DNA of 64,000 nucleotides, taken from contig JBHGNT010000001.1 of assembly GCA_043228905.1 (NCBI GenBank), positions 11,408,001 through 11,472,000 of the forward strand, in the 5' to 3' direction. The notes under the pieces are model-generated. The model was not told the origin of the DNA. It saw only the letters and a list, made by a program, of their open reading frames with translations, and searched no databases. This DNA comes from Azolla caroliniana. Lineage: Eukaryota > Plantae > Polypodiophyta. How positions within the stretch are numbered: the first letter of the stretch is position 1; every line of letters begins with the position of its first letter. The translations under genes and the position numbers were made by a program. Below, piece by piece: positions 1 through 10,540 of this stretch.

Positions 1-216
1 TGGTATGCACAAAGTTCTTCGAGATTTTATTCCTCACATAACCATGCCTTTCGTGGATGATATACCCATTAAAGGATGTGAGGAAAGAATAAAGAATGAA
101 GAATTAGATAGTGTTGGATGTCGGAAGTTCGTCAGAGATCACATAGAAGATTGTGATAAAGTGCTTTCAAGACTAGAGGAGGTACACCTAACACTTTCAG
201 GTCCAAAATCAATATT

Positions 217-679
217 TGTTACCTATACGGAACATTGCCTATCTTCAGTCCTTCAAGATAGACCTCAAGGGGATTTTGTAGCAAGGTATGCCATTACACG
301 AGGCATGAGCCGTACTCCGTTGGTTGCATAATAATGCATATCTATGGGTGAAGGTTCACGGCTACGACCGAGAACTTGAGTGCGCTTCTACGTTGACTCT
401 TACCCTACGCTTTTAGAGATGCACTTACGAATAGTACAGAGTTTACACAAGACAACAGGGTTGCACAGACACAGAAAATCAGAGAAGATAAGATTCTATT
501 AGAAAAGAAAACCTCACACTTAAAAATTACACGCTACCTCTTTCAGAGGATTTCTGCCCTTTATATACACATGGCGTTCAGCCGTTCACGCTTCCTGCGT
601 GAACTGTAACATTTATTTTCTTAACGCTTCTAATCTATTTACGCATTCTGCCCGGCGGTTACAATTCCGGCGGACAACA
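217..679 (-). repeat. 3' LTR of element B (463 bp)
   Basis: Collinear with 10072-10535, TGTTA...CAACA termini, minus-strand TATATAAAG near 560. Confidence 0.95.
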
Positions 680-681
680 CG

Positions 682-698
682 TGGCACGCCTGTGGGAC
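682..698 (+). promoter_or_regulatory. Second, inverted PBS-like site TGGCACGCCTGTGGGAC at the position where the PPT should be
   Basis: 2 nt inside the 3' LTR. Shares TGGCACGCCTG with the canonical PBS and extends with GTGGGAC like a tRNA-Arg T-arm complement. Confidence 0.7.
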
Positions 699-730
699 AA
701 TTCCATGGCACGTCGGACCCATCCCTCTAT

Positions 731-3292
731 TCATCCTCCAAGATGTCCAGGATGTTCGGCTCCGCTCGCACGTTCTAGTCCGGAGATGGCGTAATGTCCG
801 TCGGTGCTTCGTTGCTCTGTTGCGCGTCCTGTCCCTGCTCGGCCGTCGTGGGGGTTTCTATGTTGTCCATTTCTCCCTCCATGGTCGGACCCGGCTTTGC
901 TGGCTTGCTCTTGTCTATTGCGGCTGGCACTTCCGTCTGTGGGCAAGCGGTTGACTGAGGCTCTATCAGGTCTGTATCGTTCTCCATGTTGCTTGGCATA
1001 ATTGTTATTTCTGGTGAGTTGGGCTGAGGTTCCCCGTGCTCAGTGGAATCGATATCTGGTACTGTAGTAGGCTCCATATGTTGCTGCTCGCTCCTAATCT
1101 CCATTAGTCGGCTGAAAATATCCTCATGACTTTCCCCGAAGTCGTCTAACAGTTATGCGAGTTCCTCGGGGAGTTGGTCTGCTAGCGTGCGATAATCCTT
1201 TGTTACTGCCGCAATGCCTTCCTCATTGAGTTTGTAGAAACCTAGGCCTTCTTTCCTTCGGTTCTCCCAGTCCGCCTAGTAGGTATGCAACTCCGCCGCT
1301 TGTGTTGCCCACGCCATCCAACCTTTGTCTAGCACCGTTTTTAATTGCGCCGTAAACCTCTCCCGATTTGTTTGAAGAAGTATGCGTACGTTATTTGTTA
1401 TCACTTGGGAGCAGTTTTGCGCTTCTTCCAGGGTTTTTTTGAGGTTTTCAATTTCTCGCTTATTAACCGCAGTCGCTTCCTCATAATGGTTTTTCATCTC
1501 TGCCCATATCTGGGATTCTTTCAAGTGTAATTCCTCTAGCCGGCCCATTTCATTGTTCAGGCAGACTTCTACCTGATGCATCACATCCCGTTCCCATACG
1601 AGATGCTCATCCTACCACGCTTTCTTCTTTTCCAATAACTCCCGGAGTTCTGAGATCGCCGCTTCCGACTTTTGGGCTTCCTCCCGTAGCTTGTTGTTTT
1701 CTTCTTTCGTGATGGTGTGTGTTGTTGCCTCCGCTTCGAGTTTCTCTTCGAGTGCCTTCACTGCCCTTCGGCCTTTGGCCCGGATGTCCGTTTTTGTCGG
1801 AGGATTGGCAGAGTTCGGCGCGGAGGCGGTCAATCTCGGACTCTGCAAGCTGCGTAGCCCTTTTTGCTTTAGCAGCAATGGCCTTTTGTGCTGCATTCTC
1901 CTCTTGTAGGGTTATCGATGTATCTTCACCTGATGCTAGTTCGGGCTTTTGCGGTGCGATAGTGATGTTGTGTTCTAGCTCCGTAATACGCTCTTGGGCC
2001 TTCTATAATTGGGCTTGACCCAATTTGACTGCTTTCCAAACATTTTTATTCTTGATAGCCATATCCTTGGCACCCACACTAACTCTAGCCAATTCCCGAT
2101 GTGCCTCGACAAGGGCCGCATTCAATGGGGGTAGTTCAATGCCCATACACCGAATCCCCGCGTTCCGCTGCCTGCCTACCTTGGCTAGAGGTGCCTCATC
2201 CTCGCTTTCCATTGTTTGCATTAGCACGTGCTCCACCATCTACTACTCGGCGTGTTCTTCGGCCATTCGTTGCGACACCTTGATCTGCTGAGTCACTAGA
2301 AATTCCATGAGCTCATATGTGGTACCATACTGCAATAACACATTGAACTCATGTGTCGTGCCCGGAATGTTCAGATATGTCAGGACTTCACTTTCCGTCG
2401 TAAGCACTTCTTTGCCCCGCTGAGATTGTGCCATAATGATGGGTCGCGGTTCGTGGAATATTTCCAATGTCATAATGGGGTCTGCAGGGGCGGTCATTTC
2501 GGTGGTGACGGTCGTATCTTTTACCAATCCGCGGCCATCCTTTCAGTCTAATCATCACCGTTTGGGTCTAGGACTATCACCGGCAGGCTCTTGCTCCACT
2601 ATTGTCATGGAGGGTTGCGTCTCCGCGTCTTTAGCCGGTGGCTCCTTTTGTGTTGTCCATTGGGTGGTAGGAGAAGGTTGTGCTTTTTCCTCCCATTCGG
2701 TGGTAGCTAACTCTGTTAGCCGTCATTTCACGGATCGTAGCGGAGGCTTCGGTTCGCTTGGTGTGGGGGCAGGGAGTCCGCGAGGGGGAAATAGTACGGT
2801 AAGGTATTGTTGAATGATCGACCGGAGTTTTTTTCCAGCTTGATACACGTAGAGTCCTTCCCTAAGTGTTGGCCTCGTGATTACACCCTAGTCTACGGCA
2901 CGTCCTTCGAAGGTTTCAATGATGACGCCTACTTTTTGTTTAGGTATCCCATATGCATTGACATGTACGCACCCAACCTCCAGGAGGAACTTAGCGACTT
3001 CCCGAAAAAATGGATTTGGAATATCCTTCGTTCTGTATGCCTTAGCCGACGTTGAATATTCTCCAAAGTATTTCCTGACTGTTTTTGTAAGAGAAATGTT
3101 GAAGTGTTATTCCCCTATCGCTGATAACCCGAGTTTCTTCCGAACGGTTGCGTTCGTCACTGTGTCTATATTCAACTTCTTGGCTATGTCAAGAGCCTCA
3201 GGGTGCGGTGGTGCTTCGGCGACCCTGATATAGCCCTCAAACCCCTTTTCTAGGAGCCATCTGGGTAGAGCTGCAGAGATAGTGATCGGCAT
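731..3292 (-). pseudogene. Disrupted extra ORF (eORF) in the 3' region of element B, sense to gag-pol; N-terminal globular part plus low-complexity and coiled-coil parts
   Basis: Chain of minus-strand ORF pieces (3107-3571, 2243-2527, 2003-2239, 1612-1896, 1276-1584, 775-1104) linked by single stops/frameshifts. Heptad-like E/K/L-rich segments (KALEEKLEAE, EIENLKKTLEEAQ). Confidence 0.65.
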
Positions 3293-3591
3293 CGGGGGTG
3301 GATGTGGCTCATGAAGGCTACTCGAAGATTGCAGGTTATTGTGAGCGCGAGCTCTGTTGTATGGTGGAGAGCGAGGCGAGCGAGAAGAGCGGAGAGAGCA
3401 AGGAGAGGTTTGTTGTCTGTAATGCGCAGAAAAGCTTCTGCTTTCCCCTTTTTGTGGTCTAGGGGGCATTGGTCTGTGTGACATTGTAGTGCCGCGTGTT
3501 CTTGCCCTAGAAGTTTGTGCATGCATAAAGTCCCTATTAATAGTCGTCACTACCTTCTCAACTTCATGCATAAAGTCCCTTTTAATAGTCG

Positions 3592-4042
3592 TTTTTTTTC
3601 TTTTTTTTCTTTTTTTTCTTTTTTTTCTTTTTTTTCTCTTTTCTTTCTTTTTTTTTTCTTTTCTTCCTTTTTTTCCTTTTCTTTCTTTTTTTTCTTTTTT
3701 TCTTTTTTTCTTTTTTTCTTTTTTTTTTCTTTTTTTCTTTTTTTCTTTTTTTCTTTTTTTCTTTTTCTCTTTTTTTCTTTTTTTCTTTTTTTCTTTTTTT
3801 CTTTTTTTTTTCTTTTTTTCTTTTTTTCTTTTTTTCTTTTTTTCTTTTTCTCTTTTTTTCTTTTTTTCTTTTTTTCTTTTTGCTTTTTTCTTTTTTTCTT
3901 TTTTTCTTTTTTTCTTTTTTCTTTTTTATTTTTTTATTTTCTTCTTTTTTTCTGTTTTCTTTTTTTCTTTTTTTTTTTCTTTTTTTCTTTTTTTTTTTTC
4001 TTTTTTTCTTTTTTTTCTTTTTTTCCTTTTTTTCTTTTTTTT
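3592..4042 (+). repeat. Long (T5-10C)n low-complexity tract (A-rich on the element sense strand)
   Basis: ~450 bp of T runs punctuated by C. Confidence 0.95.
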
Positions 4043-5557
4043 AAAAGTTAAATACATGATTACTGTTACAATATTTTACAAGTGGCCCCCAACTTCTTAA
4101 TTATTGTATGGGCCCCTCTACTGTGGCAGTCACGGCGTGGAACGGGTTTGGAGGCGTAGGTCCCAGATAGGGTTTCAATCAGAACCCATTTACTTTTTGT
4201 CGAAGTACCTCTCCAGCCAAGGTGCCTAATTGAAAAGTGTCGTTTTCCGCTCCAACTATTTAGTATGGCCTCGTCCAGCGGAATCTTAATTTTCCAGGCA
4301 TTTGACCCATGCGTGTTTGAAAGACCAATATGGTCTTTCTGACTGCGAAGTCCTTCCCCCGTGTGACTCGATGTCGATCGATGAATGCTTTACACCATAT
4401 CTGTTCCTGCTCCAGTATGGCCATGCTATGTACCCGAGCCTCTCCTAATTCAAGGAGTTGTTGTAACCGTAGCTGCTCGGACTGGCCTTCCACTAGGCGG
4501 TCTCGCACTTGAATCCGTAGACTTGGCACCTGGAATTCGACGGGCATTATGGTTTCTAACCCATATGCCAGCCGGAATGGTGTAGATTGTATGCTAGTCT
4601 TACAACTGGTCTGATACACCCACAAAGCGTTGTGCAATTTAATGTCCCCATCCGTTCTATTTTCATTCACGATCTTCTTCAATATTGTCTGCAAGATTTT
4701 GTTCGTGAACTCCACTAGTCCATTCGCCTATGGATAGTATAGCGTGCTTTTCTTATGGACGACGACGTAATGGTGCGTGAGCTCGTGGATGACTGAATTC
4801 AGAAAGTCTGGCGTAATAGACCGGTCTATACGAATTCGGTTCCCTGAGCTGCATCAACGCGCTACCTATTGTTATATCTGAAGCATCCACAAAACCATGG
4901 AATGGTTTCACCCAATCCGGTGCTTATACGATCGGTGCTTGCGTTAACATTATTTTAAGTGCGTTGTACACTTTTTCTTCGACTGTTGTCCATTTGAAAG
5001 GTGTACAGTGTACGGCGGCGTGTAGTGACGTAGCGAAATCTGCCAAATACCGTAACATACGACTATGCCAATGTATTTGTCCCAAAAAACAGTTAAGTGC
5101 TTTGGCAGTCGTTGGTGTTTTTGATTGAATGATCGTGGAAATTTATTCGGGTCCATCGTTATCCCTTCCTTGATTACGATTTGGACGAGAAGGGCTCCAT
5201 TAGTGACGTCGAATGCGCATTTAGCCGGATTCAGGCTTAAGCGTGAAGTACGGCAGCACTCTAGACAAAGTTGTAAATGAATTAGATTTTCGGTTGTTGT
5301 CCCATAGACCGCGAAATCGTCCAGAAAGACTTGCAGAAAGGTGGGTATGTATTCCCCAAAAATTTCCGTAATTGTCCGCTGGAATGTGGCAGGCGTTGTC
5401 TTTAACCCAAACATCATGACTATCGCGACATAAACCCCCCAATCAGTGATAAACATCGTCTTCTCTTGGTCGTCAGGATGCATGCGCACTTGATTATATC
5501 CGTTGAAGCCGTCCAGAAAACTGTACATGTCATGCCTTGCGACTACGTCTAGTACGT

Positions 5558-6315
5558 TGTCGTAGTGTATTTCGTACACTACGTGAAAAAGTAAAAAATA
5601 ATATAACCGATTTAATTACATATAAATAAATAAAATAAGAATATTAAGATATTTATCACCAATAAATAAAATAAGAATATCAAGATATTTATCACGTGCA
5701 TAGGGCAGGATTCAAACCATGTACCTCCACGTAGCCAAACTTCAACTTTACCATTATGCTACCTTATCTTTAGTGTTCTATAAATAGATTTAATAACTAT
5801 AAGTGCTTTATTTGCGCCTACCTTTATTAAAAGGTAAATCATGTATTTTTAGAGTGCGTGAATATTTTATAGAAAAACGCAAGCAACTAAAAAGTGACTC
5901 ATGCACATCTAGCGTGCATGAGCACTATATTTAGCAAATAAAAGCAAGGATTAGAAAAGCATCACATGCACATTTAGTGTGCATGAACATATTAGAAAAA
6001 GCATGTAGCTATGCTTAGTCTCTCCCATCACTATATAAGGATGGGGAGCACATTGTAGTTTTTGTTGATTATTTTTCTATAATGATCAATCAATCTAAAA
6101 TATTCGTGGGATTCATGAATTTGCTAAAATAATTCTCTCTTACTACCTAAATATTGACTAAATATACTAAACTCGTGGGATTCACGAGATTCTTATCTTA
6201 TAACTCTTTATACCTATTCTTTACTAGCCTTATTTGTATTTTTCTTTCTCCTAGTCCAAAACCTCGGCGGTTCCCACCCGACTCACGCAACGATCCGGAG
6301 CCGAAAGGCACGACA
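5558..6315 (+). mobile_element. Solo-LTR-like insertion, copy 1 (758 bp), inside the RT of element B
   Basis: TGTCGT...ACGACA termini, 4-bp TSD ACGT (5554-5557/6316-6319). Removal restores FPLPFTDNVLDVV. TATA-like CTATATAAG ~6031. Confidence 0.85.
5697..5768 (-). other. tRNA-derived (Pol III A/B box) segment within solo LTR copy 1
   Basis: TAGCATAATGG (A box) and GGTTTGAATCC (B box) with tRNA-like spacing, ending TGCA. Confidence 0.55.
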
Positions 6316-6870
6316 ACGTTGTCGGTGAAAGGTAAGGGGAACGCATCTATAATTGTTACGGCGTTCAATTTCCAATAGTCTACGCAAACGCGGATTTTGC
6401 CATTTTTCTTCGGTACTACGACTATTGGGATTAGCCACGTATCTTGCTTAATTGGTCGAATAATAAACCCTGCCTTGAGAAGTTTGTCAATTTCCTCTTT
6501 TACGCGAGCCGCGTAATTCGGATTCATCGACACTGTTGTACTGGTTTCGCATCGGTAGCTAACTTGATCTTATGCTGGTAAATCTTCGGGTCCAACCCCT
6601 TCATGTCTTCGTGGGACCAAGCGAACACATCTTTATATTCCTTGAGCAGCGCTATCATTGCTTCCTTCTGACTTGGGGGTAAATCCTTTGCAATCGAGAG
6701 TACTCGTGGATCCGTTGTTGTTCTGACGTTGACGTCTTCTAATGTTGAGGCTGAGACTCGCCATGAGATTTCCATTTCCTAGTCAAACGCTACTCGTGCC
6801 ATGCTTAGCTCTAGCAATGATTCTGGAACCGGCTCGTACGCCTCTTCTAGAAGCGTATTACTGGGCGCGT

Positions 6871-7650
6871 TGTCGTGTCTTTCGGCTCCGGATCGTTGCA
6901 TGAGTCGGGTGGGAACCACTGAGGTTTTGGACTAGGAGAAAGAAGAATATGAGATGAGGCTAGTAATGAATAGATTATTAGAAAGAGAGATAGAAATTTC
7001 GTGAATCCCACGAGTGTATTGTATTCGATTAATCAATATTTAGATAAGAATATGTATTTAGATTGAAAGAAAGATATAAGAAACTTGTGAATCCCACAAG
7101 TATAGATTATATTATTTTCATGAATCCCACGATTCTATTAATCGGTTGGTATTTTCGGAAATATATCCAATTTCCAAATATTTCACACACCTATTACATT
7201 GTGCTCCACATCCTTATGTAGTGATGGGAGAGACTAAGCATAGCTACATGCTTTTTTTCTAATATGTTCATGCACACTAAATGTGCATGTAATGCTTTTC
7301 TAATCCTTGCTTTTATTTGCTAAATATAGTGCTCATGCACGCTAGATGTGCATGAGTCACTTTTTAGTTGCTTGCGTTTTTCTATAAAATATTCACGCAC
7401 TCTAAAAATGCATGATTTACCTTTTAATAAAGGTAGGCGCAAATAAAGGACTTATAGTTATTTGTAGAACACTAAAGATAAGGTAGCATAATGGTAAAGT
7501 TGAGGTTTGGCTATGTGGAGGTACAGGGTTTGAATCTTGCCCTATGCACATGATAAATATTTTGATATTCTTATTTCATTTATTTATATGTAATTAAATC
7601 GGTTATATTATTTTTACTTTTTCACGTAGTGTATGAAATACACTACGACA
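6871..7650 (-). mobile_element. Solo-LTR-like insertion, copy 2 (780 bp), inverted relative to copy 1
   Basis: Reverse complement of 5558-6315, own 4-bp TSD GCGT (6867-6870/7651-7654). Confidence 0.85.
7477..7548 (+). other. tRNA-derived (Pol III A/B box) segment within solo LTR copy 2
   Basis: TAGCATAATGG at 7484 and GGTTTGAATCT at ~7527. Confidence 0.55.
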
Positions 7651-10053
7651 GCGTAGTCCGCAGCGGTTTCCATAATATTAATTTCAAATAATGGGACGAT
7701 CCGCAGGTGATCATCAAGGTATGCTTCCAGCTCTGCATCATCTACCCCTTCTAGCATATTTATGTCTTCTGCATATAATGGTGTTATGACCCTTAGGTTG
7801 TGCAGCCATTTCTTAAGTGGGTACGTAGATTTTGTTGCGTCCTCGTCGGAAACTGATACAGTTATGCTGCCAATCATGTTTGATGTTAGTCGCCCGAAGC
7901 CATGGCCTACCGAGCAATATTGGGTACGCTCCTAGCGCGTCAAGTGCCAATACCACTACCGAAATGTCAAAACGATGACCGCCAACGATAATGCCTAATT
8001 TCCGGATCAACCCTAAGGGTCGGACAGATCTAGTGTTTGTCATGCGAAGCCAAAAAGGGCAAACTTCCCAATTCGAAATTCCTAATCGTTCGCATGTAGT
8101 CTTACTAATGACATTGATGCTAGAACCCCCATCGACTATACATCCGTCGACTTCTTGACCCTGTATCACCAATTTAATGGCTGGGTTGTGATGGTCTACT
8201 ACCGTTGGACCGGAACTAGTTTCTACAAAATTTATCGAGACATCTACCCTAGATGTGCCCATAATGCGATTCTCCATTGCTTGTCGGAATCATGGAACCA
8301 GTTGGAGGAGCTTCTCCATGGTCATCGTTATCTCGCAGCCTGCCAGTGCTTGCCATATGGAATGCGGTGATGCCGTATCTTCACCCCTTGGTAAGTTGTT
8401 TGTGGATTCCTCCCTCATACGTTCCGTATTTTCCACATTACCTTTTTCTACCCAGTCTTGGGCCGCTTTGCGTATCTCCTCTTGCACGGTCCAGTCCGCG
8501 TTCTTGGTTTGCTATCGTGTTGTCACTTGTTGAACTTCCGCGGTAATCGTATTTACGGCAGGTCTGCCTTTGCGAAGTGGACACTGAGTCGCGTAATGTC
8601 CTGGTTGTTAGCATACGAAACAATGGACACTGGACTCTCCTGTCTCTCTCTCTGGCGGTGTAGCCGTTTCCGTGGCTATTGCTTGTTCATCCCGGTTTTG
8701 TTGAAACCTCTTGTTATTCCGTGGTGGGTGCCAAGCTTCGCGATGTGTCTCTTGGCGCCGTTCATCTTCTGAACTTTCGTCATACCGACGTTGGTCCTTA
8801 TACTGCCTATTATTTCTCTGTGGGCGTGATCCATTGAATCCCCCACTATTGGTTGCAAAACGTCGATTGTTATAACAACGCCCCCTTTTATTATATCGGT
8901 TGTTGCCCCAATATTCTTCGTCCTCCAATTCCTCTTCATCGGAATATAAGTTGTTGTTCCGGTGATTACGGTAATGACGGTCTTCGCACGGATTTCGTTA
9001 TGTATATCGGGGTCATTCCTCTTGTCGCCCTTGATCATTTCGGCGAAGTGGCCTCTGTGGTTTTACGCGTCGTACTGTGGGTGTAGGTCTGTTAAGCATA
9101 TTGTATTCACGTTGCTCGACCATGTGTGCCTTTGAGTGACAAATTGGGCAATGAATTCGCATATTGCATTCCACCACGGAATGCCCGGAGTTGAGACAGA
9201 TCGTGCACTGAATAGCTTGGTGGAAGCGGTGTTCCTCGTCCTGAGGTAACGCCTGGCGTAACGACTACATGGAAAATCCGTCATCTTCTTCTTCCAATTC
9301 GAGTTGTAATGCTCGCTCTATAACCATATCGGCTATTTCCCATTTCACACTAGGCGTGTTCAGCGTCATTCTGATTGGTCGTCGGAGGGCTGCCAAAAAT
9401 GTCTCCTTAGCTTCCTCATCTGTTGGGGCCCGTGTAAGCTGCCGTTGTAGACATTGGAATCGGCGACTAGAATCGGCGACGAATTCTGTGGGCAATTGCT
9501 TGATGGTGTAAAATTGCCCAATAATCTCTCGTTGCGGTACCCTTCTATGAAAAAATCACAAAAATGTTGATTGCAACTGATCGAAGGTCGTGATTGCTAT
9601 CAGGTCCATCTGAGAGCGCCAGCACGCCACTCTCCCATCTAGAGTTAATCCGAACTCTGCAATCTTTGATTCGTGCGCTTCCACTACTGGAAGCCGTTGC
9701 GCCATGTGATTAGCATTCCAAACATTCAGGAACAGCCAAGTGTGGCTTGCGGCGTTTGTTTCGCCGTTGAAGTGTGGATAGGAGAAGGTCATTCCGGACG
9801 TTATGGTGGGCAAGGAAAGACCATGGTTCTCATGTGGTAATAGGGCTTCCTGCTTGACGTCGCGGTGTTCTGTGAGCGTGCAGTCGACTTTGTATTCCTG
9901 AAGGGAATAGCTAAAGCGAGGTTTTTGCTTTGCACGCTCCTCTGTCTGGCGTGTAATGGACCTCATGAGTGGTCGGTCTTGCCGGGTCGGTTCTCTGGGT
10001 CGTCTACGGCTAGACATCCATCCCTTGTTGTTCATCTATGAGAAATCACAGAT

Positions 10054-10067
10054 CACCAGGCGTGCCA
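10054..10067 (-). promoter_or_regulatory. Primer-binding site TGGCACGCCTGGTG (tRNA-Arg type)
   Basis: 4 nt inside the 5' LTR. Starts TGG (anti-CCA) and resembles the complement of the plant tRNA-Arg 3' end used by Tat/Ogre-type Gypsies. Confidence 0.8.
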
Positions 10068-10071
10068 AACG

Positions 10072-10535
10072 TGTTATCGATACGGAACACTATCTATCTT
10101 CAGTCCTTCGAGATAGACCTTAAGGGGATTGTGTGGCAAGCTATGCCATTACACGAGGCATGAGTCGTACTCCGTTGGTTGCATAATAATGTGTATCTAT
10201 GGGTGAAGGTTCACAGCTATGACCGAGAACCTAAGTACGCTACTACGCTAACTCTTACCCTACGCTTTCAAAGACGAACTTACGAATAGTACAGAGATTA
10301 CACAAGACAGCACGGGTTGCATAGACACAGAAAATCGGAGAAGATAAGATTCTATTAGAAAAGAAAACCTCACGCTTAAAAATTATACGCTACCTCTTAC
10401 AGAGGATTTCTGCCCTTTATATACATAGGGCATTCAGCCATTTACGCTTCTCACGTGAACCGTTACATTTCTTTTCTTAACGCTTCTAATCTATTTACGC
10501 ATTCTGCCCGGCAGTTACAATTCTAGTGGACAACA
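10072..10535 (-). repeat. 5' LTR of element B (464 bp)
   Basis: Collinear with 217-679. Followed on the minus strand by PBS and gag ATG at 10035. Confidence 0.95.
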
Positions 10536-10540
10536 AAATT

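Larger units (their letters stand above)
4101..10035 (-). pseudogene. gag-pol of element B (gag, protease, RT, truncated RNase H, integrase), disrupted
   Basis: gag-like 9265-10035. Protease IVDGGSSIN...ILLGRPWL (7813-8277). RT PIVVVPKKNGKIRVCVDY / YSFLDGF / FLDDF (6533-4950). RH start FVDASD. Integrase ANGLVEFTNKIL...TPFRLAYG (4260-4800). Stop at 4101. Confidence 0.9.
217..10535 (-). mobile_element. Complete (decayed) non-chromovirus Ty3/Gypsy LTR retrotransposon B with extra 3' ORF
   Basis: Direct-repeat LTRs 217-679 and 10072-10535 (TG...CA). 5-bp TSD ATATT (212-216)/AAATT (10536-10540). gag-PR-RT-RH-IN on the minus strand. Removing it restores the host RT frame. Confidence 0.95.

Noticed and set aside
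3489-4100. Phe-rich 203-aa and 178-aa ORFs
   Set aside because: Translation of the T-rich low-complexity tract, not genes.
5697-5768. Functional tRNA gene
   Set aside because: A and B boxes are present, but the acceptor and anticodon stems do not pair convincingly. Treated as tRNA-derived only.
5558-7650. Single foldback/MULE transposon with long TIRs capturing an RT fragment
   Set aside because: Each arm has its own TSD and the host pol continues collinearly between them, so these are two independent insertions.
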